A DNA stretch of 64,000 nucleotides, from the NCBI GenBank assembly GCA_017441605.1, contig JAFRXD010000002.1, positions 25,674 through 89,673 of the forward strand. Reading direction: 5' to 3'. Origin of the DNA: Thermoguttaceae bacterium (lineage in GTDB: Bacteria > Planctomycetota > Planctomycetia > Pirellulales > Thermoguttaceae). The translations under genes and the position numbers were made by a program. Shown in pieces: positions 25,369 to 34,556 of this stretch; the first letter of the stretch is position 1; every line of letters begins with the position of its first letter. The notes below the pieces were generated by a model. It searched no databases. It was not told the DNA's origin and was given only the letters and a program-made list of their open reading frames with translations.

Positions 25369-26319
25369 ATGCGAACTCGACTTTCGTTTATCGCGCCTTT
25401 GATTTTTGTTTTTTCTTTCTCGGCGATTCAACGCGAGACGTTCGGGGCGGAGCCCGCGGGGATTCCGGCGGACGTCGCTCCTTTCGTTTCTTCGCCGTCC
25501 GAGACGATTAATATTTGGTCCGAACTTCCGCCCGGGGGTATTCCGGAAGAAATTCAACCGGAAGAATGGAAAGACGTCGGAGACAAATACCACAGCGTTT
25601 TCATTTTTAACGTATCGATTCCAACGCTCGCGTTTTACCCGGCGGACAAGCCGAACGGGGCTTGCGTTCTCGTTTTTCCTGGAGGCGGTTATTCTTCGCT
25701 CGCCTACAACTACGAGGGGGTCGATATCGCGAAGCGATTCAACCAAATGGGGGTTTCCGCTTGCGTTTTGAAATATCGGATACCTAGCCGTTCGGGACAA
25801 CCTCGCTATTGGGCGGCGCTCCAAGACGCGCGGCGCGCGATTCGCGTCGTTCGCTCTCGCGCGAAGGAATGGAAAATCGATCCGAATAAAGTTGGCGTTC
25901 TCGGTTTTTCGGCGGGGGGACATTTGGCGATCGCAATGGCGAACGAGTCGGCGACGGTCGCTTACGAACCGACGGACGAGATCGACAAAATCGATCCGAA
26001 GCCTAATTTTGCCGTTCCGATTTACCCGGGCTATCTCATTGAAGACGCGAACGAGATCGACGAATTGAAGCTTTCCGAAGCGATTCATATCGATCCGACT
26101 GCTCCGCCTCACTTTATCGCGGTCGCTTCGGACGACGCCAATCGCGGATTCGCTTCGGCGATTTTTTACTGCGAACTGAAGAAGCAAGGGGTTCCCGCCG
26201 AACTCCATATTCCGCTCGAGGGCGGGCACGGATTTGGAATACGCGAAGATAAAGTTCCCGCGAACAAGTGGATCGATCAGTGCGAGGACTGGCTTCGCGT
26301 TATAAAAATGATTCCTTGA
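25369..26319 (+). CDS. Secreted alpha/beta hydrolase (esterase/lipase fold), paralog 1
   Basis: Signal peptide MRTRLSFIAPLIFVFSFSA. VFPGGGY oxyanion region and GFSAGGH (GxSxG) nucleophile elbow. ATG at 25369 is preceded by aaggag. Confidence 0.8.
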   Translation: MRTRLSFIAPLIFVFSFSAIQRETFGAEPAGIPADVAPFVSSPSETINIWSELPPGGIPEEIQPEEWKDVGDKYHSVFIFNVSIPTLAFYPADKPNGACVLVFPGGGYSSLAYNYEGVDIAKRFNQMGVSACVLKYRIPSRSGQPRYWAALQDARRAIRVVRSRAKEWKIDPNKVGVLGFSAGGHLAIAMANESATVAYEPTDEIDKIDPKPNFAVPIYPGYLIEDANEIDELKLSEAIHIDPTAPPHFIAVASDDANRGFASAIFYCELKKQGVPAELHIPLEGGHGFGIREDKVPANKWIDQCEDWLRVIKMIP

Positions 26320-26345
26320 AATTTGAACGTTATTCTTTTTCCTTT

Positions 26346-27305
26346 ATGGGAACGTCGACGATGCGCATTTTATCAACAGTTTGCTTTTTTGTTTCCCTGG
26401 GGATTTTCGTTTCCATTGTCAACGCGGAGGACGGAGTTCAAGGGATTCCCTCCGAGGTCGCGCGCTATGTCTCCGCGCCGCAAGTTACGCTGAATCTTTG
26501 GCCGGGGACGCCTCCGGGCGGGATTCCGGAAACGATTGGCGAAGAGAAATGGGAGCCGGGAAAGGAAACGCCTCCCATCGTGAGAATTAGTTCCGTATCG
26601 ATTCCGACGCTGGCGTTTTACCCCGCCAAGAATCCGACCGGCGCTTGCATCGTCATTTTTCCCGGAGGCGGGTACAATATATTGGCGTACAATCACGAGG
26701 GATCCGAGATCGCGGACTGGCTCAATAGCATAGGGGTATCGGCGGTCGTAGTGAAATATCGCGTTCCTCGTCGTTCCGATTTACCGAAGCTTTGGGCTCC
26801 CCTTCAAGACGCTCAACGCGCGATAAGAATAACGCGCTCGCGCGCCGCGGAGTGGAAGATCGATCCGGAGAAGATTGGGGTTCTCGGTTTTTCCGCGGGC
26901 GGTCATTTAACGGTTTGCGCCGCGCTCGACTACGCGACGAAGACCTACGATCCCGTCGACGCGATCGACGAAATCGATTGTCGTCCCAATTTTGCCATTC
27001 CAATTTATCCGGCGTATCTAATGGACGACGAAAAAGATTTCAGCGCCGATTCCCAACTTTCCGAATCGGTTCGCATCGACGGCAACGCTCCTCCGACTTT
27101 TATCTCAGTCGCGAACGACGACGCCAATCGCGGCGCGGCCGCAGCTCGGTTCTATATTAAAATGAAAGAGGCCGGGGTTCCCTGCGAGATTCATATTCCG
27201 GTCAAAGGGGGGCACGGCTACGGAATACGAGAGGACAAAGGGGTCGCCGCGCAGTGGAACAAGAACTGCGAGAATTGGCTTCGCGCGCTCAATATTATTC
27301 CCTAA
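26346..27305 (+). CDS. Secreted alpha/beta hydrolase (esterase/lipase fold), paralog 2
   Basis: Colinear similarity to the preceding gene (IFPGGGY, GFSAGGH, same C-terminal EIHIP..GGHGYGIRED). Has a signal peptide. Confidence 0.8.
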   Translation: MGTSTMRILSTVCFFVSLGIFVSIVNAEDGVQGIPSEVARYVSAPQVTLNLWPGTPPGGIPETIGEEKWEPGKETPPIVRISSVSIPTLAFYPAKNPTGACIVIFPGGGYNILAYNHEGSEIADWLNSIGVSAVVVKYRVPRRSDLPKLWAPLQDAQRAIRITRSRAAEWKIDPEKIGVLGFSAGGHLTVCAALDYATKTYDPVDAIDEIDCRPNFAIPIYPAYLMDDEKDFSADSQLSESVRIDGNAPPTFISVANDDANRGAAAARFYIKMKEAGVPCEIHIPVKGGHGYGIREDKGVAAQWNKNCENWLRALNIIP

Positions 27306-27355
27306 CTCAATATTTCCTTTTAACGCGAAACGCGAATCCCGCGGCGGAGGTTGAA

Positions 27356-28084
27356 ATGTCCGCGATCGGTTTGGACAAGCCCGTAATGACATCATCGCTT
27401 GTTTCGCCAATGCTTCCTTCGAAGAAAAACGTTTTTCAGCTAAAGTTTCCCCGCTATTCGCTCGGGGAGGAAATAGCCAATTCGATAACGCACGGAATCG
27501 GCGCTTGTTTGTCGGTCGCCGCCTTGGTCTTGTTGATCGTGAAGGCGGCGACGTCGGCTCCGACGGGACGGGTTGGCGGGTACGTGGTCGGGTATGCGAT
27601 TTTTGGCGCGTCGCTTGTTTTCCTTTACGCGATTTCGACGCTGTACCACGCGTTTCCCCCGTCGAGAACGAAGAGCGTTTTTGGACGACTCGACCATTCC
27701 GCCATTTTCTTTCTCATCGCGGGCACGTACACCGCCTACTGCCTTGGACCGATTTACGGCGCGGCGGGTTGGTGGACGTTCGGTACGATATGGTCGCTCG
27801 CCACGATCGGGATCGTCGCTTATTGCGCGTACGAGAAACGAGCGCGCGCGTTCGCGTTGGCGCTTTATCTCACAATGGGCTGGTTCGCTGTGTTCGTTTG
27901 CCGACAGATATTCGCGTCGATTCCTCCGATCTCTTGGATCCTTCTTTTGGTAGGGGGCGGTTCGTACACGTTGGGAGTCGTTTTCTTTATGATGAAGAAA
28001 CAACGTTGGACCCATTCCGTTTGGCATCTATTCGTTCTAGGCGGTAGCGTAACGCACTTTTTCTCGCTGTACTGGGCGATTTGA
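27356..28084 (+). CDS. Hemolysin III / PAQR family membrane protein
   Basis: 7-TM ORF with EEIANSITHGIG near the N-terminus and HSVWHLFVLGGS near the C-terminus. ggagg lies upstream of the ATG at 27356. Confidence 0.85.
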   Translation: MSAIGLDKPVMTSSLVSPMLPSKKNVFQLKFPRYSLGEEIANSITHGIGACLSVAALVLLIVKAATSAPTGRVGGYVVGYAIFGASLVFLYAISTLYHAFPPSRTKSVFGRLDHSAIFFLIAGTYTAYCLGPIYGAAGWWTFGTIWSLATIGIVAYCAYEKRARAFALALYLTMGWFAVFVCRQIFASIPPISWILLLVGGGSYTLGVVFFMMKKQRWTHSVWHLFVLGGSVTHFFSLYWAI

Positions 28085-28148
28085 GTTCTTCTGGACAACG
28101 GAGCGTCGACGAGAGGGACGTTTTTTCCGGAAAAACGGGGAGGCCCTC

Positions 28149-28176
28149 TTGTCATGCCGGGTCTTTCGATTAGAAT
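28149..28176 (+). promoter_or_regulatory. Promoter of rpmI-rplT
   Basis: TTGTCA, 16-nt spacer, TAGAAT. This gives a ~110-nt GC-rich leader. Confidence 0.5.
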
Positions 28177-28292
28177 GGACGGAACGCTCAGCGCGGTCGG
28201 GGGCTTCGAGTCTCGCGTCGGCGCGTCGCGTTCAAACAACGTTTAGCGGGCTCGTCCAGCGGCGAGTCCATTGATAAGGTAAAGGTAGTTCG

Positions 28293-28496
28293 ATGCCTAA
28301 AATTAAAACCCACAAGGGCGTTGCCAAGCGTTTTCGCGTTACCGCCAACGGTAAAGTCAAACACCGCCACAGCGGCACGAGCCATTTGGCTTGGCGTATG
28401 GACAGCAAGCGCGTCCGCAATCTTCGCGGAACCGCTCCGGTCGCCACTTGCGAAGAGAAGAGATTGATTAAAGCGCTCGGCAAAGGCGGTCTTTGA
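28293..28496 (+). CDS. rpmI: 50S ribosomal protein L35
   Basis: 67 aa, MPKIKTHKGVAKRFRVTANGKVKHRHSGTSHL. Confidence 0.93.
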   Translation: MPKIKTHKGVAKRFRVTANGKVKHRHSGTSHLAWRMDSKRVRNLRGTAPVATCEEKRLIKALGKGGL

Positions 28497-28701
28497 TCGA
28501 CTCCTTGGCGCCGCGAGCAGAAGCGGCGCGCGGTTCGCGCGCTTCCCGTTCGCGTCGGGAAGACCAGCGCGTTTTCTGAAGACGGGTCGTTAACGCCGAA
28601 CGCAAGTCGTTCGGGGCCCGATTTTCGCAAGAAGTCGAATCGCGACGCGACGCCTCCGGGGCGGTTCGTTTCGACCGAGTTATCCGATAGGATTGACAGC
28701 A

Positions 28702-29058
28702 ATGAGAGTTACCAAAGGCGCGGCTCGTCGTCGAGCCAAGAAGAGACTGTTCAAGCGAACCAAGGGGTTCCGCGGCGGACGCGGAAATCTTTTGCGCTCC
28801 ATGAAGGAAACCGTTTTGCGAGCGGACGTGTTCGCGACGCGCGACCGACGAGTTCGCAAACGAGATTTCCGCAAGCTGTGGATCATCCGCATTAACGCGG
28901 CGGTTCGCATGCGCGGGCTTCGCTACAGCCAGTTTATTTCCGGTCTTAAGAAAGCGAACGTTGTTCTCGACCGCAAGATGCTCGCCGACTTGGCGGTTTT
29001 CGACGAGAAGGCGTTCTCCGAGATCGTCGCCGTCGCGAAAGAGGCGCTCGGTCTTTGA
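28702..29058 (+). CDS. rplT: 50S ribosomal protein L20
   Basis: [32 protein letters not shown]... is typical of L20. I prefer the ATG at 28702 over the TTG at 28693. Confidence 0.93.
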   Translation: MRVTKGAARRRAKKRLFKRTKGFRGGRGNLLRSMKETVLRADVFATRDRRVRKRDFRKLWIIRINAAVRMRGLRYSQFISGLKKANVVLDRKMLADLAVFDEKAFSEIVAVAKEALGL

Positions 29059-29100
29059 TTCTAACGCGCGTTAAGAGCGCGACGTTTTCTACGGTACGGC

Positions 29101-29139
29101 AAAAAGAGCGCGTCGGATCGAGTCCGACGCGCTTTTTTC
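29101..29139 (+). terminator. Terminator after rplT
   Basis: 11-bp stem agcgcgtcgga/tccgacgcgct, 5-nt loop, T6. Confidence 0.8.
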
Positions 29140-29246
29140 TCGAAAGTTTTTTCTCGTATTCCCGCGACAAATTTGACGTCGCCTTAGGTTTCGTTTACAA
29201 TGGAGGCGTTTCGTCGAGCGCGGCTCGACGATATCGCGCCTTTTAA

Positions 29247-30917
29247 GTGGACAACGACGCTATGGACGAAGCCTTGAGTTCGTGGAGCGGATGCGCTCTC
29301 TACCTAGTATTTCCGGCGATCCTAGCGCCTTTTTTCGTCGCGAGTCTTTTTTTTAAAACGTTTCCGACGAAGCGTCTCGCAATCTTGCTCGGGATAGTCG
29401 CGCTCGCGCCCTCCATCTCTTTTCTTTTGGGCGAGGAGTACGTTCCTATAAGCGCGGTTTTCGCGTTGGACGCGATACTGGTCGTCGCGCTACTTGCGGA
29501 TTTCTGGACCGCGGCGCTTAAGGGTCGCGGCGTGACAATGTCGCGTCGCGCCGAGACGATCGCGTCGCTCGACAATCCTCTCGAAGTGGAGATAATCGCG
29601 CAAAATCGGACTTCGCGTCCGATAACGCTCGATATCGCGGACGATTCTCGTCCCGAGTCGCGCTCGCTTCCCTCTCGTTCAAACGACGATCTTTTGACGA
29701 TTCGAGAGAACGACGCCGACGAGTTTGGCAAAAACGATTATTCTCATTTTTCTCAACGAACAATCGAACCGGGGGAACAGGAAACGCTTTCTTACGGGCT
29801 TGTGTGGAAACGTCGAGGCGAGTTTCGCTTAGAATTCGTCGCGGCTCGTTTCGGAAGCGCCGCCGGTTTCTGGCGCAAATACGTTAAATATTCTTGCGAG
29901 TCGGTCTTTAAGGTCTATCCCAATTTGTGTCGTTTGGAACAGTTTCAGACGATGGGTCGGGCGAGCCTTTTGTTTTTACTAGGCGTTCGCCAAATGAGAC
30001 GCGTTGGGCAGGACGCGGAATTCGAGCGCCTTCGCGACTATACCCAAGACGATCAGTACAAGTTTATCGATTGGAAGGCGACGGCTCGTCGGAACAAGTT
30101 GATCGTGCGCGATTTTCAAACGACGCGCAATCAACGAGTTATTATTATGATCGACGCCGGTCGGACGATGATGAACGTTTCGGGAACGTCCACGCTTTTC
30201 GACGCGGCGCTCAACTCGTCGCTTGCCTTGGCTTATATCGCGCTGAAACAGGGAGACGAAGTCGGACTTCTGATCTTTTCAAGCGAAACGCGTCGATTTG
30301 TTCCTCCTCGCGGGGGCGTTTCGCACATGAGCGCGTTGATACGCGGGGCGTTCGACGTTTTTCCGGAACGGCGCGAGTCTCGTTACGATCTCGCGTTCGA
30401 GTACTTGGCGAGAAATTCTCCGAAACGAGCGCTGGTCGTTTTGGCGACGAACGTTCTCGACGAGCGGAACTCCGATCTTATCGAGCGGTCGCTGATCAAT
30501 CTCGCGGGGGCGCACTTACCGCTCGGTCTTTTCCTTCGCGAGCATTCGTTGTTCGATCCGTTGGAACGATACCAAGAAATTGAACGATTAAGCGCCCTTG
30601 AGCCGGAAGAGTTCGAGGAAGATGAATTGAAGACGCGAAAGCCGAATCGCTTGGCGCTTTGGCTAGAGCGCTTTGGTTCGGAACGCGAGCCCGCCGACGA
30701 AATCGATCGGCTCTTTTGGCGGGATTCTTCGGACGAAGGTTCTCGCGACGAGCTTCTTTATCGCGCGGGGGCGGCGGCGGAGATCATTAATTGGCGTAAA
30801 AAGACGCTTCGAACGCTCGAAGCGAAGGGAGCGCTGACGCTCGACGTATTTCCGGAAGACGCGGCGACCCCATTGATAAACAAGTATTTGGAAATTAAGG
30901 CGAGGCGCTTGTTATAG
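29247..30917 (+). CDS. DUF58 domain protein (vWA-like) with N-terminal TM helices
   Basis: 556 aa. FERLRDYTQDDQYKFIDWKATARRNKLIVRDF...RVIIMIDAGRTM is the DUF58 signature. The assigned start is GTG. Confidence 0.8.
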   Translation: MDNDAMDEALSSWSGCALYLVFPAILAPFFVASLFFKTFPTKRLAILLGIVALAPSISFLLGEEYVPISAVFALDAILVVALLADFWTAALKGRGVTMSRRAETIASLDNPLEVEIIAQNRTSRPITLDIADDSRPESRSLPSRSNDDLLTIRENDADEFGKNDYSHFSQRTIEPGEQETLSYGLVWKRRGEFRLEFVAARFGSAAGFWRKYVKYSCESVFKVYPNLCRLEQFQTMGRASLLFLLGVRQMRRVGQDAEFERLRDYTQDDQYKFIDWKATARRNKLIVRDFQTTRNQRVIIMIDAGRTMMNVSGTSTLFDAALNSSLALAYIALKQGDEVGLLIFSSETRRFVPPRGGVSHMSALIRGAFDVFPERRESRYDLAFEYLARNSPKRALVVLATNVLDERNSDLIERSLINLAGAHLPLGLFLREHSLFDPLERYQEIERLSALEPEEFEEDELKTRKPNRLALWLERFGSEREPADEIDRLFWRDSSDEGSRDELLYRAGAAAEIINWRKKTLRTLEAKGALTLDVFPEDAATPLINKYLEIKARRLL

Positions 30918-31004
30918 GCTCCTCGTTTGGAAATCGAGTTTGACGACGACGCGCGAGCGCCTTTTCGCTCGAGATCGTCGCGTTTTGAACATAGGGAAGA
31001 CAAT

Positions 31005-34000
31005 ATGAAACGATCGCTTATTACGAGCTTTGTTTTGGCGACGTTATTCGCCGTTTGCGGCTCGCTCGTCGCGCGCGCGGAAGACGAGGCGTCGTCGGAT
31101 CCCTCGTTGCTCGCCGTTGGACTACAGGTGGAGAATTTGCGGAACCCGGTCGGGGTCGGCGTCGCCAATCCGAGATTGAGTTGGGCGTCTCGGCCGGTAA
31201 CGCGAGAGGATTCTTACGACAAAAAGCAGACCGCGTACCAGATCCTCGTCTCTTCGTCGCCGGAGGCGCTGGAGGCGGACAACGGAGATCTTTGGGATTC
31301 CGGGAAGGTCGAATCGGACGCCTCGCTTTATATCGAATACGCCGGAGCGCCTTTAAAGTCGTTCCAGCATTGCTATTGGAAAGTCCGAGTCTGGGACAAC
31401 GAAGGGGACGTTGGTCCTTGGAGCGCCGGAGGTACGTGGATTCAGGGAATCGACGAGAAAGATTGGCAAGCTCAATGGATTGGTCAACCCGAGGAGGTTC
31501 GCCCCGACGTAGATTTTAGCGGGGCGTCTTGGATCACCGCCGCAACGGAGAAGGAGACCGACGCGGGACTCGCGCCGGAGTATTTCCGCAAAGAATTTGA
31601 AATCGATCTTCCCGCAGAGGAATTCGAAGCGCAGAACGCGTACGGAACGCTTTATTACGCGGCGTGCCAAAAGTTCGAAATTTTCGTAAACGGGAAGAGA
31701 GCGGGGCATTCGATCGGGATGGTATTCAATCCGGATCAAGCTCGATCGATCGACGTTTCGGAATACCTCGTTCCGGGTAAAAACGTAGTGGCTTTCGTCG
31801 TCGCCAACGAGACGAAGCGCCCCAACGGAACGAAGTTTGGAGACGGGACGTTTTATCCGACGGCGCTGATTGCCAAATTGTTCGTCGGAACGTTGGACAA
31901 ATCGAACGCCCCTTCGAATTTGCCGGTTCCGAATCGTTTCGGCAAGCCCAATGCCGCAACGATAACCGTAGGCACGGACTCGACTTGGCTGTCGTCCGTA
32001 GACGGCGGGGACAATTGGAACGGCCTCGAATTTGACGCGTCTTCTTGGAAGGCTTCGAAAATCGCTTTCGAGGAACTCGACGAGACTCCTTGGGGCAAGT
32101 TGCGCCGACGAACGGAGACTGTTTCCCCTTGCTTCCAAAAGAGTTTCGAGGTTAAAAAGCCGGTCGCTCAAGCGACGCTGGCGATATGCGCCCCCGGGCT
32201 TTTCGAGGCTTATCTCAACGGGGAGAAAGTTGGCGATCAACTTCTGACCCCGTCGTTTACGCGTTACGATCGTCGAATTCTTTACAACATTCTCGATCTT
32301 ACCGACGCGTTCCAGAAGTCGAGCGATCCGAATTGCGAACTTCAATTTGTTCTTGGACATAGTTGGTACGACGTTCGCTCGATCGTAACGTGGAACTTCG
32401 ACGCGGCTCCGTGGCGCGATTTTCCGCGCGTTTTGGCGCAACTGGAAGTCGTTTACGAAGACGGAACGAGCGAGACGATCGCGACCGATCCGACGTGGAC
32501 CTACTCGACCAGCCCCGTGTTGTTCGATTGCGTTCGTCAAGGCGAAATCGTGGACGGCGCTTGGGAGCGCGAGATCTTGGGGAACGCGGTCGTCGTTCCG
32601 GCCCCGCTTGGCGAACCTAAGATGGTCGCTCAGAAAGTCGCGGTTTCTCGCGCGTTGCAAGGCTACTCGGCGAAGAGCGTTAAACAGGTAAAAGATGGCG
32701 TTTGGGTCGTCGATATGGGACAGAATAACGCCGGTTGGGCACGGATTCGACTTAGCGGTCAAAAGAAAGGAGACGTGGTTCGGTTTAGGTATTCCGAACG
32801 GGTCGTCGAATCTGGCGAAATCGAGCGCCACGATATCGACCAACACTTCATGGAAGGAACGCCCGCTTACACGACGGGTTTTAAAGGCGGTTTCCAAACC
32901 GACTTCTATTTCTGCAACGGCGAGGAGGAAGAATTTTTCGAGCCGCGGTTTACCTATAACGGTTACCAATATATCGAAGTCGTCGGTTTGCGCGAAGAGC
33001 CGAAACCGGAGGATTTCCAAGGGCAAATGGTCGGAACCGATTTCCGACTCGCCTCTTCGTTCGTTTGCTCGAACGATCTCCTAAACAAGTTGCAAGAAGC
33101 GACGATTCGCTCGTATCGCAACAATTTTGTCGCGGGTTACCCGACCGACTGTCCGCATCGCGAAAAGAACGGCTGGACGGGAGACGCTCAGTTGGCTTGC
33201 GAGTTGGCGCAGTACAACTTTGAAAACACGGCCGGTTACGAGAAGTGGCTGGACGATATTTGCGACGAGCAGAAATCGAACGGCGACGTTTGCGCGATTA
33301 TTCCGACGGGAGATTGGGGCTATCCTTGGGGCAACGGTCCGGCTTGGGACTCGGCGCTCGTTATGATTCCCTGGTACGTCTATCTTTATCGCGGAGACAA
33401 GAAGATTCTCGAGACGTCGTACGAATCGATGAAGAAGTACGTCGACTACACTTCGACTCGCGAGCGGGACAACGGTCTTGTTTATCACGGTCTTAGCGAC
33501 TGGGTGTACGCGAAGACGAACACTCCGGTCGAGGTAACGTCGACGGGTTATTATTACGTCGACGCTAAGATTGTCGCTCAAACCGCGAAGATTCTCGGGA
33601 AAGCCGAGGATTTTGAGAAGTATTCGCAACTCGCGAATCGAATCCGCGACAATTACAACGCGGCGCTTTATCAAGGAGACGGGGCGTATTCGATCAATAG
33701 CCAAACGTCGGAAAGTTGCGCGATTCACCAAGGATTTTCGAAGACGCTTTCCCAAGAGGATCAAGCCTCCGTTTTCGCGCGTCTTTGCGAGAACGTCGGC
33801 AAGGCTGACGGACATTTCGACGTCGGTATTCTTGGCGCGAAGTATATTCTTAGGACTCTTAGCGAAGGCGGACGAACCGATCTCGCGCTTCAAATGATGC
33901 TTCAAGAAAGCAAGCCCGCGATGGCCGACTGGATTCGTCGGGGCGCCGGAACGTTGTGGGAAGATTGGGGCGAGGGCTCCTCTCGGAACCACATTATGTT

Positions 34001-34433
34001 CGGAGACTTCAGCGCTTGGCTTTTCCAATCGCTCTGCGGTATCAAATTGAACGGGGCTCCCGACGTTGTCGTCGCGGAGACTTCGCCGGAGAGCGTCGCC
34101 TTCAAGAGATTCGTCGTCGAGCCCAAATGCACTAAAGCGGAAACGACCGCCCCGGGACAAGATCCGATAACGAGCGCTCGCGGGTTTGTCGAAACGCCCT
34201 ATGGTCCGATTCTCGTCGACTGGAAACGGGACGACGAAAAGAACGAACTGACGGTTCGCGTCGGAGTTCCGGTCAATACGACGGCGACGGTAATCCTTCC
34301 CGTTGGCGACGATCAGAAACTCGAAATCACCAAAGGCGCGGAGGGCGCCAAGCCGGTCGAAACGTCCAAGCCGAACGTCGTTTCTTACGAAATAGGCTCC
34401 GGTTCTCGCGTCTTTTCGATTTCCCCGAAATAA
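31005..34433 (+). CDS. Secreted alpha-L-rhamnosidase (glycoside hydrolase family 78)
   Basis: About 1142 aa from the ATG at 31005 (signal MKRSLITSFVLATLFAVCGSLVARA). The GH78 N-terminal pattern (NPRLSW...QTAYQI...LWDSGKV) and the catalytic-domain motif GYPTDCPHREKNGWTGDAQ are present. Confidence 0.85.
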   Translation: MKRSLITSFVLATLFAVCGSLVARAEDEASSDPSLLAVGLQVENLRNPVGVGVANPRLSWASRPVTREDSYDKKQTAYQILVSSSPEALEADNGDLWDSGKVESDASLYIEYAGAPLKSFQHCYWKVRVWDNEGDVGPWSAGGTWIQGIDEKDWQAQWIGQPEEVRPDVDFSGASWITAATEKETDAGLAPEYFRKEFEIDLPAEEFEAQNAYGTLYYAACQKFEIFVNGKRAGHSIGMVFNPDQARSIDVSEYLVPGKNVVAFVVANETKRPNGTKFGDGTFYPTALIAKLFVGTLDKSNAPSNLPVPNRFGKPNAATITVGTDSTWLSSVDGGDNWNGLEFDASSWKASKIAFEELDETPWGKLRRRTETVSPCFQKSFEVKKPVAQATLAICAPGLFEAYLNGEKVGDQLLTPSFTRYDRRILYNILDLTDAFQKSSDPNCELQFVLGHSWYDVRSIVTWNFDAAPWRDFPRVLAQLEVVYEDGTSETIATDPTWTYSTSPVLFDCVRQGEIVDGAWEREILGNAVVVPAPLGEPKMVAQKVAVSRALQGYSAKSVKQVKDGVWVVDMGQNNAGWARIRLSGQKKGDVVRFRYSERVVESGEIERHDIDQHFMEGTPAYTTGFKGGFQTDFYFCNGEEEEFFEPRFTYNGYQYIEVVGLREEPKPEDFQGQMVGTDFRLASSFVCSNDLLNKLQEATIRSYRNNFVAGYPTDCPHREKNGWTGDAQLACELAQYNFENTAGYEKWLDDICDEQKSNGDVCAIIPTGDWGYPWGNGPAWDSALVMIPWYVYLYRGDKKILETSYESMKKYVDYTSTRERDNGLVYHGLSDWVYAKTNTPVEVTSTGYYYVDAKIVAQTAKILGKAEDFEKYSQLANRIRDNYNAALYQGDGAYSINSQTSESCAIHQGFSKTLSQEDQASVFARLCENVGKADGHFDVGILGAKYILRTLSEGGRTDLALQMMLQESKPAMADWIRRGAGTLWEDWGEGSSRNHIMFGDFSAWLFQSLCGIKLNGAPDVVVAETSPESVAFKRFVVEPKCTKAETTAPGQDPITSARGFVETPYGPILVDWKRDDEKNELTVRVGVPVNTTATVILPVGDDQKLEITKGAEGAKPVETSKPNVVSYEIGSGSRVFSISPK

Positions 34434-34473
34434 GCGCGAAATTGGTTCCTTTTAACCGTAACGAGGACAACTA

Positions 34474-34510
34474 AAAAGACGGCGCGATCGTTCGTCGCGC
34501 CGTTTTTTCT
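34474..34510 (+). terminator. Terminator after the rhamnosidase gene
   Basis: 9-bp stem acggcgcga/tcgcgccgt followed by T6. Confidence 0.7.
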
Positions 34511-34556
34511 TTTCGTTTTCCCCATAGAGTTCGCGATTAGCGAAAAGGTTTTATTA

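Noticed and set aside
25039-26229. 396-aa minus-strand ORF spanning tRNA-Ser and esterase 1 (also 25135-25368, the upstream extension of the esterase ORF)
   Set aside because: It is extremely Arg/Lys-rich, overlaps a tRNA gene and its terminator, and lies antisense to a well-supported esterase. The esterase has a proper SD plus ATG and a signal peptide at 25369.
25063-28084. Genomic island integrated at tRNA-Ser (and similarly at ssrA, 59262-60615)
   Set aside because: No integrase or recombinase is present, I see no direct repeat of the tRNA or tmRNA 3' end, and there is no obvious compositional break. The flanking genes look like ordinary chromosomal genes.
28232-28702. 156-aa minus-strand ORF across rpmI and the rpmI-rplT spacer
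   Set aside because: It lies antisense to the highly conserved L35 gene and has no motifs. The GC-rich structured spacer explains the open frame.
31353-34160. 557-aa and 359-aa minus-strand ORFs inside the GH78 rhamnosidase gene
   Set aside because: These are Arg-rich shadow ORFs opposite a gene with strong family-78 motifs. They have no independent start or SD signals.
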